From positions 1-57,149 of the forward strand of contig NW_021833627.1 in the NCBI RefSeq assembly GCF_006345805.1: 57,149 bases of DNA, in the 5' to 3' direction. Origin of the DNA: Octopus sinensis. Its lineage: Eukaryota. The translations under genes were made by a program, and so were the position numbers. The notes beneath the pieces are model-generated. The model was given only the letters and a program-made list of their open reading frames with translations, was not told where the DNA came from and did no database searches. Of this stretch, positions 1 through 13,149 are shown piece after piece; within the stretch, counting starts at the first letter, position 1; each line of letters opens with the position of its first letter.

Positions 1-1405
1 CCTCTCATATCATCAAGTATTGAGAGGGTGGTGAAGATCTCGATAACCCAATTTCGGATAGCCAAAAACAGGGCTGATCTCTAACCAACATGGGTTCCGT
101 AATGGAAGGGATGCCTAACGCAGCTCCTGCATCACTTTGATGACATTTTGAGAGCTTTGGGAGAGGGCTCCAAACCACCGATGTCATCTTACCTTGATTT
201 CAGTAAGGCCTTCGACAGGGTTGATCAACAAGATCCTATGAAAAAACTATCCAACATCGGTGTCTCTGGAAAGTTACTGAAATGGATCAAGTGTTTCCTG
301 ACAGACAGATGTCAACATGTAGTTGAAGGGGGTAAATCAAGCCCAGCCAAAGTCAGTAGTGGGTGTTCCGCAAGGCGGGACTGTGCTGGCCCACTTCTTT
401 TCATCATCTATATTAATGACATTAATGACATCATCAAGCACAGCAACATAAAATCTTTGCAGATGATTCCAAGCTACAGAGGTCATAAATGAGGCGAGTG
501 ACCGGACATGCCTTCAGTCAGATCTACTGGCTGTTATCCAATGGGCAGAAAAAAACAATATGCTGCTGAACGAGGATAAATTTGAGTTAATCCACTTTGG
601 GAAAGAGGATGCCCCTGAAACTCCCATATTCCCTTCCTTCAGGTGAAACTTCTGTGGCATCCAACAACATCAGAGACTTGGGAGTAATTGTGGCAACAAC
701 ATAAGCTGGGCCATTCATATAAACACCAAAGTTGACATGGCCCGCAAAAATATGTTCCTGGATTCTCAGAACTTCCAGTCGAGAGATATCCACACCATTA
801 TCCTTCTCTTCTCCACTTTTGCCTGACCCCACCTTGAATACTGTTGTCCACTGTGGTCTCCCCCACAAAACAAAGTATCATAAAAGTTGAAGCACCTCAA
901 AGGGCAATCACAAAAATGATAGATGGCATGACAGGCCTCGACTATTGGGGTCGACTAGAAAAGCTAAAACTTTATTCTCTCCACGTCGGTCGTGAGTGCT
1001 ACATCATCTGCATGATGTAGAAAATATTCCATCAGCATTGCCCAAATGATGTTGGCATCACCTTTAAGGTACATCCAAGGCTTGGCCCCGTGCCATCCGC
1101 CCCAAAACAAAAAATCGCACTCTCATCTCATAACAACAATACGGCACATTATTTCACCTCAATTGGCCCCGCTCTCTTTAACATTACACCAAAACACATT
1201 AAAACAGAGAAACTGACCCTATAGGGGTTTAAGAAGTCTTTGGACAGATTCCTTCAAGAAATCCCGGATAAACCCCCAACACCCGGATATGTCTCTGTAA
1301 ACAATAACTCTCTACTTGAGTGGGCCATAGTGCCCAAATTCTGACTTGAAAGACTTCACCAGGTGGTGCTATTAAGTAGACATGGCTGGGCCAATAATGG
1401 CCGAA
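1..1405 (+). mobile_element. 5'-truncated CR1/L2-group LINE (RT and 3' region), frameshifted
   Basis: ORF 148-492 gives YLDFSKAFDRVD...KLLKWIKCFLTDRCQ...GPLLFIIYINDI. RT C-terminal remnants continue to ~1330 and the element ends at a (TA)n array. Confidence 0.85.
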
Positions 1406-1620
1406 ACCTATCAAAGTATATAATATATATATGTATGTATATATATACATATATATATTATATGTATATGTATATATATATATGTATATATATATGTATA
1501 TATGTATATATATATGTATATCTATATATGTATATATAGATGTATATATATATTATATATATATATGTATATATATATAATGTATGTATATATATATAGT
1601 ATATATATATATGTATATGT

Positions 1621-1651
<31 letters not shown>

Positions 1652-1969
1652 GTAATGTATATATTAGATATGTATATGTATATGTATATATATATGTATA
1701 TGTATATATATATATAGATGTATATGTATATATATATGTATATATATATGTATCTATATATATATGTATATATATATATTGTATGTGCCCCAGCATGGCC
1801 ACAGCTCATTAGCTGAAACTAGAAAATCAAAATCAAATCAAAATCATAGTATATATATCATCATATATATATCATATATTCATCATCATATATATATATG
1901 TATATATATGATATAATATATAATATAGATATATATAGATATGTATATATATATATATATGTATATAAT

Positions 1970-2000
<31 letters not shown>

Positions 2001-2186
2001 GTTATATAATATATGTATATATATATATGTATATATATATTGTATATGTGTGTGTATATGTATATGTAATATATTTATATGTTATATATATTTATATGTA
2101 TATATATGTATATGTATTTATAGTTATAGATTATGTGTATATATATATGTGTATATATATATATGTATATATATCTATGTGTATAT
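1406..2186. repeat. Degenerate (TA)n/(TATG)n microsatellite array
   Basis: Direct inspection. It produces the Y/I-rich spurious ORFs. Confidence 0.95.
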
Positions 2187-4416
2187 AAATCCTTAAAAAA
2201 TGTTTTAGCCGAGGCCACGGCCATGTGGGGGCACCACGCTGAATGAGCTTCACTAGTTTGTGAATCCACCTCTTGATACGTGGCACTTGATCAACAAGGA
2301 GTTCGATGCTGCTGCCCGCATCCGTGTCTCCTGTCGTGAGGTAGGTTCATCTGGGACTCCCAACAAGAAGAGATCCAGTTTAGTTTTAGAGAAACCCACA
2401 TCCACACCATGTAAGTCTCTCAGGCATTTAGGGAGGATGTTAAAGAGCTGTGGTCCTCTGAAACCCAAAGCTGTTGCAGTATCTGGACCTGTATTTTGAT
2501 GGTGATGTTTGGAATCCTTGGCACCACGCAGCGGCGCCCCGTTCTGTGGTTGGAGTAACTTTGAATGCCAAAGTTTGGGACAAGACCGTCCAGGATTTAC
2601 AGATGTATATCACTGCATATCTCTCCCGCCTCTGCTCCAGGGAGAAGAGAGGGTTTAATACCTTCAGTCTTTCACAGTAGCTGACATTTTGCATTGAGAC
2701 GATTTTCTTTGTGTAGCTTCTCTGAGTGCTTCGAGTTCTGCTTTGGGTTTTATATTGTGTGGTGACCAAAGTTGGGAGCAGTAGTCCAAGCGGCTGAGGA
2801 CAAATGTTTTCCATAGGACAACAGTGTCTCCTTCTCTCTTGTTCTGAAAGTTCGGAGAATGCATCCAGCTAGCCTGCATTTGATCACCAGATTAGTAATA
2901 TGCATTTGGAAAGATTGCATCATTGCTCATGTCAATGCCCAGGTCACGCACATGATTTTTGACTCAGGGATTGCAATTCTTCCTGGGCCAGTGTATCCAG
3001 TCTTCACGTCATTTACCTTTGTGTGCCAGTAGCGCAGGGCCTGGAACTTACCTGCATTAAACTGCATGTTGTTGTCCTCAGCCCACCTGTATATTGTGTC
3101 CAGATCTATGTTGCAGATGCGCAATATTTTCAGGGTTTTGTATTGCATGGGAGACTTTTGTGTCATCTGCATAGCTAGCAAGGGTGGTCATCGTAGCAAA
3201 TGAAGGCATGTCTGAAAGGGCCACTATGAACATCAGTGGCCCCAAGACAGTGCCTGTGGGACACCGCTTGTTATTTGCGTTTCCTTGGAGGTGGCTCCAT
3301 TGCTCACAACTGCCTGTTTTCTGTCTTTTAGGAAGTTGTGCAGCCACTCTCCAAGTTTCCTGCCTATGCCGAGACCACGCAGTTTTGTGACAGATCATAC
3401 CATGGTCGACTTTATCAAAGGCTTTTGCAAAGTGAGATATATTACATCAACACATTGAGCCATTTAGTAGCTGTTTCAACACCCAGTCATAGTGTTGCAG
3501 GAGCTGTGTTAGGCAGCCTCTAACTGGTCGAAATCCATGCTGGGTGTCAGACAGTAAGTCATTTTCTTCAAGGAACATGATTAGTTTCTTACGGACTATT
3601 CGTTCCATGACTTTGCTATATGTGTGAGGTCAGAGAGATAGGCCTATAATTTTTAGCATCTGCTCTGACTACCTCCCTTATGGATAGGACATATTACCCC
3701 CTCTTTCAGTTTGAACTGGGAGCTTACCACTTGCAAGAAAGCTCTGAGAAAGAAGCTGTAGCGGTTTCTGCAAGGGCTCGTTTGCACGATTTGAGAAGGA
3801 TCGCTGGGAATCCATCAGGTCCAGCAGCTGAGTTTGTGTCAATCTCATCAATGGCTAGTGTGATATCATCTTCTTCGATGTTGATGTACTCAATTTTGTC
3901 TCTTGGGCCGCGGTAAAGTGGCAAAGAATTCTTCTGGGTGGTTTTTTACTTGCCTGTGTCCTAGAGGTGTAGTGAAACACACTTTGGAACTGTTCGTTCA
4001 GTATTTCACTTATCCTCGTGAGATTCCTGTGAGAGAGCCATCTTTTTGGAAGAGAGGTCTATTCTCTGGTGCACTGTGGCTGTCTCTTTGGCAAACTTAA
4101 AGAAAGCTTTAGGGTTTGATTTTATATTTCTATTACCCAGCTTCTTTATATGCTCTCTCCTTTTCATGGGACTGATGTAGACTTTTCTCAGTTTCCATTA
4201 GCATTCTTTCGAGCCGAGACTTCTCACCACTTTTGGTGTGCTTGCTCAGGCGGTTTGCAATCCTTGTCCATCGTCTCATAAGAATCCTCCTTCTCTAGGG
4301 ATCCTGTTTTTGTTCTTTGTGTGTGCTGGCCCTGCACATTGGGACATTTTGTCGCACATATGGCTTGTATTATGGACATGAAGTGTTTGTGTTTTCATGT
4401 TATGTCCGGTGTGGAC
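2187..4416 (-). mobile_element. 5'-truncated CR1-like LINE, frameshifted
   Basis: Minus-strand fragments NSAAGPDGFPAILLKSC, GTVLGPLMFIVALSDMP...YADDTK, MQFNAGKFQ, FVLSRLDYCSQLWSP and RYAVIYI. Flanked by (TA)n on both sides. Confidence 0.9.
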
Positions 4417-4670
4417 ATATATATGTATATATATATATGTATATATATATATGTATATAATAATATATATATATATATTAACTATGTATATATATTATAT
4501 TGTATATATATGTATATATAATATGTATATATAGATATGTATATATATATATATGTATATATTATATGTATATATATATGTATGTATCTATTGTATGTAT
4601 ATATATGTATGTATATATATATTATATATATATATATGTATATTATGATGTATACATATTATATGTATAT

Positions 4671-5442
4671 AAATCCTTAAAAAAAAAAATGTTTTAGCCC
4701 GAAGGCCGTGGCCATGCTGGGGCACCACTGCTGAATGAGCTACACTAATTTGTGAATCCACCTCTGATACGTGGCACTTGATCAACAAGGGAGTTCGATG
4801 CTGCTGCCGGCATCCGCGTCTCCTGTCGTGAGGTAGGTTCATCTGGGACTCCCGACAAGAAGAGATCCAGTTTAGTTTTAAAGAAACCCACATCCACACC
4901 ATGTAAGTCTCTCAGGCATTTAGGGAGGATGTTAAAGAGCTGTGGTCCTCTGAAACCAAGCTGTTGCAGTATCTGGACCTGTATTTTGATGGTGATTTGG
5001 AATCCTTGGCACCATGCAGTGGCCCCGTTCTGCGGTTGGGGTAACTTTGAATGCCAAAGTTTGGGACAAGACCCTCCAGGATTTTCCAGATGTATATCAC
5101 CGCATATCTCTCCGCCTCCTCTGCTCTAGGGAGAAGAGGTTTAATACCTTCAGTCTTTCCCAGTAGCTGATTTTTGCATTGAGACGATTTTTTGTGTAGC
5201 TTCTCTGAATTGCTTTGAGTTCTGCTGTTAGTTTTATATTGTGTGGTGACCACAGTTGGGAGCAGTAGTCCAAGCGGCTGAGGACGAATGTTTTCCATAG
5301 GCCCATCAGTGTCTCCTCTCTCTTGTTCTGAAAGTTCGGAGAATCCATCCAGCTAGCCATCTGCATTTTATCACCAGATTAGCAATATGCACTTGGAAAG
5401 ATGCATCATTGCTCATGTCAATGCCCAGGTCTGCACGATTTT
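4671..5442 (-). mobile_element. Second, shorter 3' copy of the same CR1-like LINE
   Basis: Aligns to 2187-2960 (~90% by eye), with the same 3' terminus AAATCCTTAAAA and the FVLSRLDYCSQLWSPHNIK motif. Confidence 0.9.
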
Positions 5443-5519
5443 ATATATATATATATTATATATATATATATTATATATATATATGTGTGTATATATATAT
5501 GTGTATATATATATATACA

Positions 5520-5810
5520 CCATCCGAGCGTGGCCGTCAGCCAGCCTCGTCTGGCACCTGTGTCGGTGGCACATAAAAAAAACCATCCGAGCGTGGCCGT
5601 CTGCCAGCCTCGTCTGGCACTTGTGTCGGTGGCACATAAAATCACCCACTACACTCTCTCGGAGTGGTTGGCGTTAGGAAGGGCATCCAGCTGTAGAAAC
5701 ACTGCCAGATCTGACTGGCCTGGTGCAGCCTTCAGGCTTGCCAGACCCCAGTTGAACCGTCCAACCCATGCTAGCATGGAAAGCGGACGTTAAACGATGA
5801 TGATGATGAT
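5520..5810 (+). mobile_element. RTE 3'-UTR fragment / RTE-tailed SINE
   Basis: Matches the 3' end of the RTE at 17698-18000 (GGAGTGGTTGGCGTTAGGAAGGGCATCCAG...GCATGGAAAGCGGACGTTAAACGATGATGAT). Contains a ~64 bp internal tandem duplication. Confidence 0.85.
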
Positions 5811-5875
<65 letters not shown>

Positions 5876-5877
5876 AT

Positions 5878-5908
<31 letters not shown>

Positions 5909-5949
5909 TATATATGTATATATATATATGTATATATATTATAGTATGT

Positions 5950-5992
<43 letters not shown>

Positions 5993-6017
5993 TATATATA
6001 TATATATTATATATGTA

Positions 6018-6324
6018 TGTCCCGGGTTGATTCGGGGTAAACCACAGTAAATAAGGTACTCAATACATAGCAGAGTAAAATTAATTTATTATATAGAAGG
6101 AGCTTCTACAGGACTAAACTGTTTCATTCAAGAGAAATCTTCAGGAAGCTAGTTAACAAGAATTGTATTGGCATTTATACATTTAGGCAGGTTTAAAGGG
6201 GTGTTGGTGGGGGACTTTTTGGGGTAGGCATAGCGCAAAAATCATACTTGGGGGGAGTGGTCAAGGAGTCAGTGTTAAATTAGATAGGAGAATTAAAAAA
6301 AAAAATAAAAAATAAAATAAAAAT

Positions 6325-6361
<37 letters not shown>

Positions 6362-6403
6362 AAATATATTAAAAAATATAAAAAAAATAAAATAAAAATA
6401 AAA

Positions 6404-6461
<58 letters not shown>

Positions 6462-6520
6462 GGGGGAATAGAGTTTTAGGTAAATAAGAGATTCTCACTT
6501 ATACCTCTACACATACACAC
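6018..6520 (-). mobile_element. Probable Penelope-like pseudo-LTR/3' remnant carrying a hammerhead
   Basis: Unique sequence between microsatellites that contains a hammerhead fold. The PLE assignment rests on the known PLE-hammerhead association only. Confidence 0.5.
6101..6150 (-). ncRNA. Type I hammerhead ribozyme
   Basis: Minus strand reads AGCTTC-CTGAAGA-T TTC TCTT GAA T-GAAA-CAG TTTAGTC CTG-TA-GAAGCT: stem I 6 bp, CUGANGA core, stem II 3 bp plus U.U, GAAA, stem III, GUA cleavage triplet. Confidence 0.8.
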
Positions 6521-7323
6521 ATTATACACTCACACTACATATCATATCTACACATACACATATATATGTATACATACACACACTCACTTGCATACACTTC
6601 TACACATGATATATACACACACGACCACACATACATATACACACAGAAAATATATATATACACGTACACACACATACTCACTAACACGCATACACACACA
6701 CAAATCCATACACACACATGCACACACAGCACACTAGTCCTATATACACATATATACACATACACCATATATATACACCCACACATACACATACATACAC
6801 ATATATATACATACATACACATACACATACATATATATATACATACACATATATATATATATATTTATACACATATATATACATATGTGTACCCATGCAT
6901 ACCTACACATACACACATATATATAATATATACATATACAATACAGACCTTCCCTAATTTTAATTTTATTATCTTCGTTTATTACTTTTCTTATCTTTGG
7001 CCGCTTGGTCACAAACATCTTGGCTATGACAGCCAGACATTTATCCGGCTACTGGAAAACAATTATTACTCTTCACTCACGCACACTCATTAGCACGTAC
7101 ACTCACTCATTCGTACACTCATACGCGACACGCACGCACGCGTTATATTCATACATACGTACATCTTACATACATTCACGTATATACACATACGTACGCG
7201 TACCTACAGATTCATGTCTACACTCTTAGAAGGCTAGTCTATACATATACACCAATAAATATAAATACACACACATACATGTACACCTACATACAATACA
7301 TACATACATTATAATATATCTAT

Positions 7324-7360
<37 letters not shown>

Positions 7361-7491
7361 GCGTACCTACAGATTCATGTCTACACTCTTAGAAGGCTAG
7401 TCTATACATATACACCAATAAATATAAATACACACACATACATGTACACCTACATACAAATACATACTGTACTTATATACAACATACACAC

Positions 7492-7522
<31 letters not shown>

Positions 7523-7538
7523 TATATATATATACTAT

Positions 7539-7572
<34 letters not shown>

Positions 7573-7767
7573 TACATATATATACACACATATACATATA
7601 TATATTCATACTAACATGCATACTCAAAAAATAAGTAAATAGTAAATATATATACACGCAGTTATTCATACATGCATACTCAAAAATAATAAATATTAAG
7701 TATATGTACGTGCAGTTACCTATTATATAGACGGATACATACATATAATAAACTTACACCATAGATA

Positions 7768-7803
<36 letters not shown>

Positions 7804-7880
7804 CATATTACCACATATATATATAAATAAATAAATATAAATATATACATACACACATACACCTACATATACACATACAC

Positions 7881-7931
<51 letters not shown>

Positions 7932-8021
7932 TATATATACATCTATACACACACACCATATAAATATAAATATATACATACACACATACACCTACATATA
8001 CACTACACACATACATACATA

Positions 8022-8067
<46 letters not shown>

Positions 8068-8543
8068 TACACATACATATACATACACATACATACAATA
8101 TATACATACTTACACATGTACATATAAATACACACATAGATAACTCTACGTACCTACACATACATAAAAACACACGAGCGTACGCGCATATGTACATATA
8201 CATATACCCATGCACACGCATATATATACATACATACATACACATACACACATGTATACACAACACATACTCACATACACATATATATCCATACATATAC
8301 ACATATCCATACCATATAAATATATATATATAGTATATACATATATACATATATATACACAATGTGTGCAAACATACATACATTCTCATACAAGCACACA
8401 CACTTACATTTACATATATACACACACTTACACACATATATATACATACACACATACATATTCACATACATATGCATACACACAAATATACATATATACA
8501 TACATACATCTATACATATATACACACACACACACACACACGC

Positions 8544-8602
<59 letters not shown>

Positions 8603-8869
8603 ATATATATATTTTTTTACATACATACACGCACACACACACATAATACATGCGTATAATCCTACTATACCCATACATTTCTATACATATATACGATACA
8701 CATCTACAAGCGTGCACATACAATATGTGAAAGGTCTTAGGAGAAAAGGTAATCGGGGGTGCTAGGGGAACGGTGGGATTGGGGGGTTTTGTGGGTGGGG
8801 TGTCATCAATCTGGTTGCCGGGTAGGTCTATAGTTCTTGTAGTTCGCATACTTCATAGGCATACAATTT

Positions 8870-8964
<95 letters not shown>

Positions 8965-9197
8965 ATGTAATATATATGTATATGTATATATATATATAAT
9001 ATCTATGTATATATATATATATATATCTATATATATATATGTATATATGTATATATATATATGTATATAGTATATATATATATGTATATATATATGTATA
9101 TATATATATGTATATATATATATGTATATATATATATGTATATATATAATGTATATATATATATGTATTATATATATATGTATATATATATATTATG

Positions 9198-9228
<31 letters not shown>

Positions 9229-9760
9229 GATATATATATATGTATATATATATTATGTATATTATATATATGTATATATATATAGTATCTATGTATAATA
9301 TGTATCTATGTATATATATGTATATGTATATATATATAATATGTATCTATGTATATATATGTATATGTATATATATATATATGGATCTATGTATATATAT
9401 GTATATGTATATATATATATATGTTATATATATGTATATGTATATATATATGTATATATATATATGTGTATATATATATGTGTATATATATATGTATATA
9501 TATATATGTGTATTATATGTGTATATATATGTATATATATATATGCATATATATATATGTATATATATATGTATATATATATATGTATATATATATATGT
9601 ATATATATATATGTATATGTATATATGTATATATATATATGTATATGTATATATGTTTATGTATATATGTTTATATATATATGTATATATATATATGTAT
9701 ATGTATATATGTTTATATATGTATATATATATATATATATAAGATACATATATAATATAT
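6520..9760. repeat. Compound (CA)n/(TA)n/(TATG)n microsatellite field with short unique islands
   Basis: Direct inspection. Includes a ~100 bp direct repeat at 7195-7296 / 7358-7459. Confidence 0.9.
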
Positions 9761-9910
9761 ATTTAATGAAATGGATAAATGAATTATCTTGTTACGGATT
9801 ATTAAAAATTTAACCGATACCTGTGTAGCAAAAAATCACCCAGAAAAGACACGGTTGAGGTTACGACCATGGGTTTCGCCCCCGTGCTTTAGCGCGGATA
9901 ATTGAAGTTT

Positions 9911-10064
9911 TATATTTAGTGAAGGGAAGAAATGGAGCCGAACGAAGATTCTACAAAATTCCTTTTTATTATTTTCTACACATGTTTCAAACATGGTAGA
10001 AAATAATAAAAAGGAATTTTGTAGAATCTTCGTTCGGCTCCATTTCTTCCCTTCACTAAATATA
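9911..10064. repeat. 154 bp near-perfect palindrome (foldback)
   Basis: Arms 9911-9979 and 9996-10064 are perfect 69 bp reverse complements. Inner stem CATGTTT-C-AAACATG with one bulged A at 9980. Confidence 0.95.
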
Positions 10065-10088
10065 TAATATATATATAAGATACATATA

Positions 10089-10124
<36 letters not shown>

Positions 10125-10176
10125 ATACATATATGAATATATATATATACATATAATATATTATAAGATACATATA

Positions 10177-10212
<36 letters not shown>

Positions 10213-10221
10213 ATACATATA

Positions 10222-10258
<37 letters not shown>

Positions 10259-10320
10259 ATATATATATATATATATATATATATAAGACACATATATAAA
10301 TATATGTATATATATATAAG
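10065..10320. repeat. Minisatellite of TAAGATACATATATGAA units separated by (TA)n
   Basis: The unit recurs near 10077, 10121, 10163 and 10209, with variants near 10284 and 10317. Confidence 0.85.
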
Positions 10321-10879
10321 ATACAAGGTGTTTTTATCAGGGTTACTCAAAACAATAGGTATACACTCTGAGTGCACAAATAGGTGTGCCACTTAAATTC
10401 TGGTGTGAACTGCAGTTGAAGATTTGGTTTTGTGACTGCTTATCTAAAACAACTAAACGTGTCTTTCCCTTGAGCCAGTAGGTAGGTCAATGTAAAAAGA
10501 AGAGGCAAACAATTTGGCAAAACTTGACAAGGACATTTAATTAATTTAGTTATATAATGAAACAGCTGTCAGAGACAGCTGTTTCTGGGATATCCCACCT
10601 ACTGGAACATCATATCAAGTGAAAACTCCATACAGTGAGTACTCCGTCATCAGAGAGAACTAGATTAAACATATGTAACAGTGGAATAAATGTTCATCAG
10701 TGATGGTTGTTGTGGTTTGTTATGTCTGGATAAATTCTAAGAATAGGAATAAATACAGTACACTCTGGTGGAAGAAAGATAGGATAGACAGGAGTTTTGA
10801 TCAGATATATACTAATCAGTACAGCGAAAGGTACTCCTGTCCAGACACACACACACACACACATATGCATATATATGGA

Positions 10880-11500
10880 TCTCTCCACAGAGTGTATTGG
10901 GTGTCTTATATGTGTCACTAACACAGGTGTCTTTTACATGTCACTGGCACTGGCTATGATCCTGATTTCACCTAGTTTGATGTGTCAAGTATAACAAATC
11001 ACCACAAGTATCAGTCACTTGTCATCACCTCCATGAAACTCAACTACTGAAGATTATACTTCATCTCATCCCACATGTTCCTGAGTTTACTTCTTCCACA
11101 GGTTCCCTCCGCAATTAGAGATTGTCATTTCTTTATGCAGCTGTCCTCGTCTATATCCATCACATGACCATACGAGTGCATTTATCTCTCTGGCACACAT
11201 TGGATGCCTCATATACTTAGTTTTTATCTGAAGACACTCTGTTGTATGTGCACACTGACATTGAGACATTGAACATCCAGCAGAGCATGCTGGTTTCATC
11301 TCTTTTAAGCCTTTGCTTGTTTATGATAGTCACATCCCTGTTCTGTTGTCCTGTTGCATGGTTGTTTGCACACAGGCATCATACAGTCTGCCTTTCACTC
11401 TGATGGAAGAACCTTTGCTATCAACAAAGGTAGCATCTCTGAATTTTTACCAACCCAGTCTTATTCTAGCTGTTACACTGGCAGAACATCCTTTACTACT
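10880..11500 (-). mobile_element. Degenerate RTE 3' fragment
   Basis: Similar to 18300-18730 (CATCATACAGTCTGCCTTTCACTCTG; TCTTATTCTAGCTGTTACAC). Confidence 0.75.
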
Positions 11501-13149
11501 GTTCTCTCTATCTCTCTCACACACACACACACATACACAGCAAACTTTTAAACCATGTAGCCATACTGTTTCTCCACACATACAGTTTATATATATTGTG
11601 TGCATGTGTGTGCATGCATATAAATAGTGTATAGGTGAATAAATGTCGCGAGTCGAAAATAATAACAAAATACAAGAGTAAGAAAAGGATCAAATCTCAC
11701 CATGTCCTCCAGTTGATTTGAGGCCTGTGATGTTGAGAGTTTCGATTTTGCCTTGTCTTGTGACTTCTCAGTCTGTGCTGGCATTGAACTTGGTGAACAT
11801 CCCATTTCTGACAAAAACTCATCAATTTGTTCTCTTTTTGATAATTTACTTACTTGTCATTATTTCAGTTTTCTCTGCTGATGTTGCTTACTGTTCTTAC
11901 TGTTGCTATTTACAATTATTAATATGTATGCAAGGTCTGTGTAAAGTTTATGCAGAAAATCCTAAGGATTTTAAATTAATTCTATACCATAATATTTGAA
12001 CAGGAGAAAGAAAATGGAGATGTGTTTAGCAAGAGCATAATAAATAAATATTTAATAAATATAAACTTAATGATTGTCCTTATAATTATTGTATATCTTA
12101 GTTTTGAATAGAAGCAGTACCTGTGATTTCTGTTTTTCCTGTAACTACTTTCAGGTTTTACATAGACAGTGTTGATGATGTTAAAATCATCATATTGTTG
12201 AAACTATAATAACAAAAAACAACTACTGCAATAATTTCTTTCGTTTTTGTTGTTTAGCCCAAGTTGAACCTTGATCCAGCATATGTGCACACTACGACCA
12301 CCACATTTCATACACCTATGACAGTAGGCTGTGACTTGAAGGCACTTGACTGTTATTGTTAGCATGTTGAGTAGCCACATAAAGATCCCATCATTATTTG
12401 TTGCGATTTAAATTATTATTTTGGATGTTACTTCTATAATTAAAATAATTGTTGATTGTTGTTATTTTTTCACATCCACAAAAAACTCTCCAAGTAAACT
12501 GGCCAGAATCTGTATCCAAGAATTCATCAGCTGGAAACAGGTTTATTGGTGTCCAATAGCAACCACAATATTACTAATAATAAATTAGAAAGTTGAGGTA
12601 CAGGGTCCCAGTGTAACTGTTGCAGCAGTCGAATTGGTTGAAGTCCAGTGAAGCGAGACAAAACAATAGGAAGTGGGGGAGGCAGGGAGGATGAACATTG
12701 GAATAAGATTTCTTGTTCTTCTGGTTTCTACCAGGGTAACATAGACTACCAGCATCACTACCACCATCATAAACACCCATTTTATAACACTAGCATCCTC
12801 CCACTACCACCAACCTCATCTCCATCACCCTAATAATAATACTGCCCTAGCAACAACAACCTTCACACTACCATCCCCCTATACAGAGTGAACTATAACT
12901 TGATACAATGTATAAATTATGCACGAATACCAGAGCATCTTAATAACTACTGAATTTGGACAGTTTATATATATATACACACACAAAGAAATGAGAAAGC
13001 AAGTACTGCTCAACACACTCCATCACTGCATCCTATTTGTTACTCTTCTGAAGTACTTTAATAGTACCTAACTATGAATAAATATATCAATACCTTCTGA
13101 ACTTCACAATGACATCTTCTTATTGAGCCATGAAAATACAAGTATTTGT

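Noticed and set aside
6295-6420. Long A-rich tract as a poly(A) tail or regulatory element
   Set aside because: It is a degenerate (ATAAAA)n simple repeat with no associated element end.
1229-10392. Numerous Y/I/H/T-rich ORFs, also at 35144-35813
   Set aside because: They are translations of (TA)n/(CA)n microsatellites with no coding signal.
10559-10655. Second hammerhead (CTGATGA at ~10647 with a GAAA-closed hairpin on the minus strand)
   Set aside because: Stem I cannot form and stem II would be ~60 nt and unstructured.
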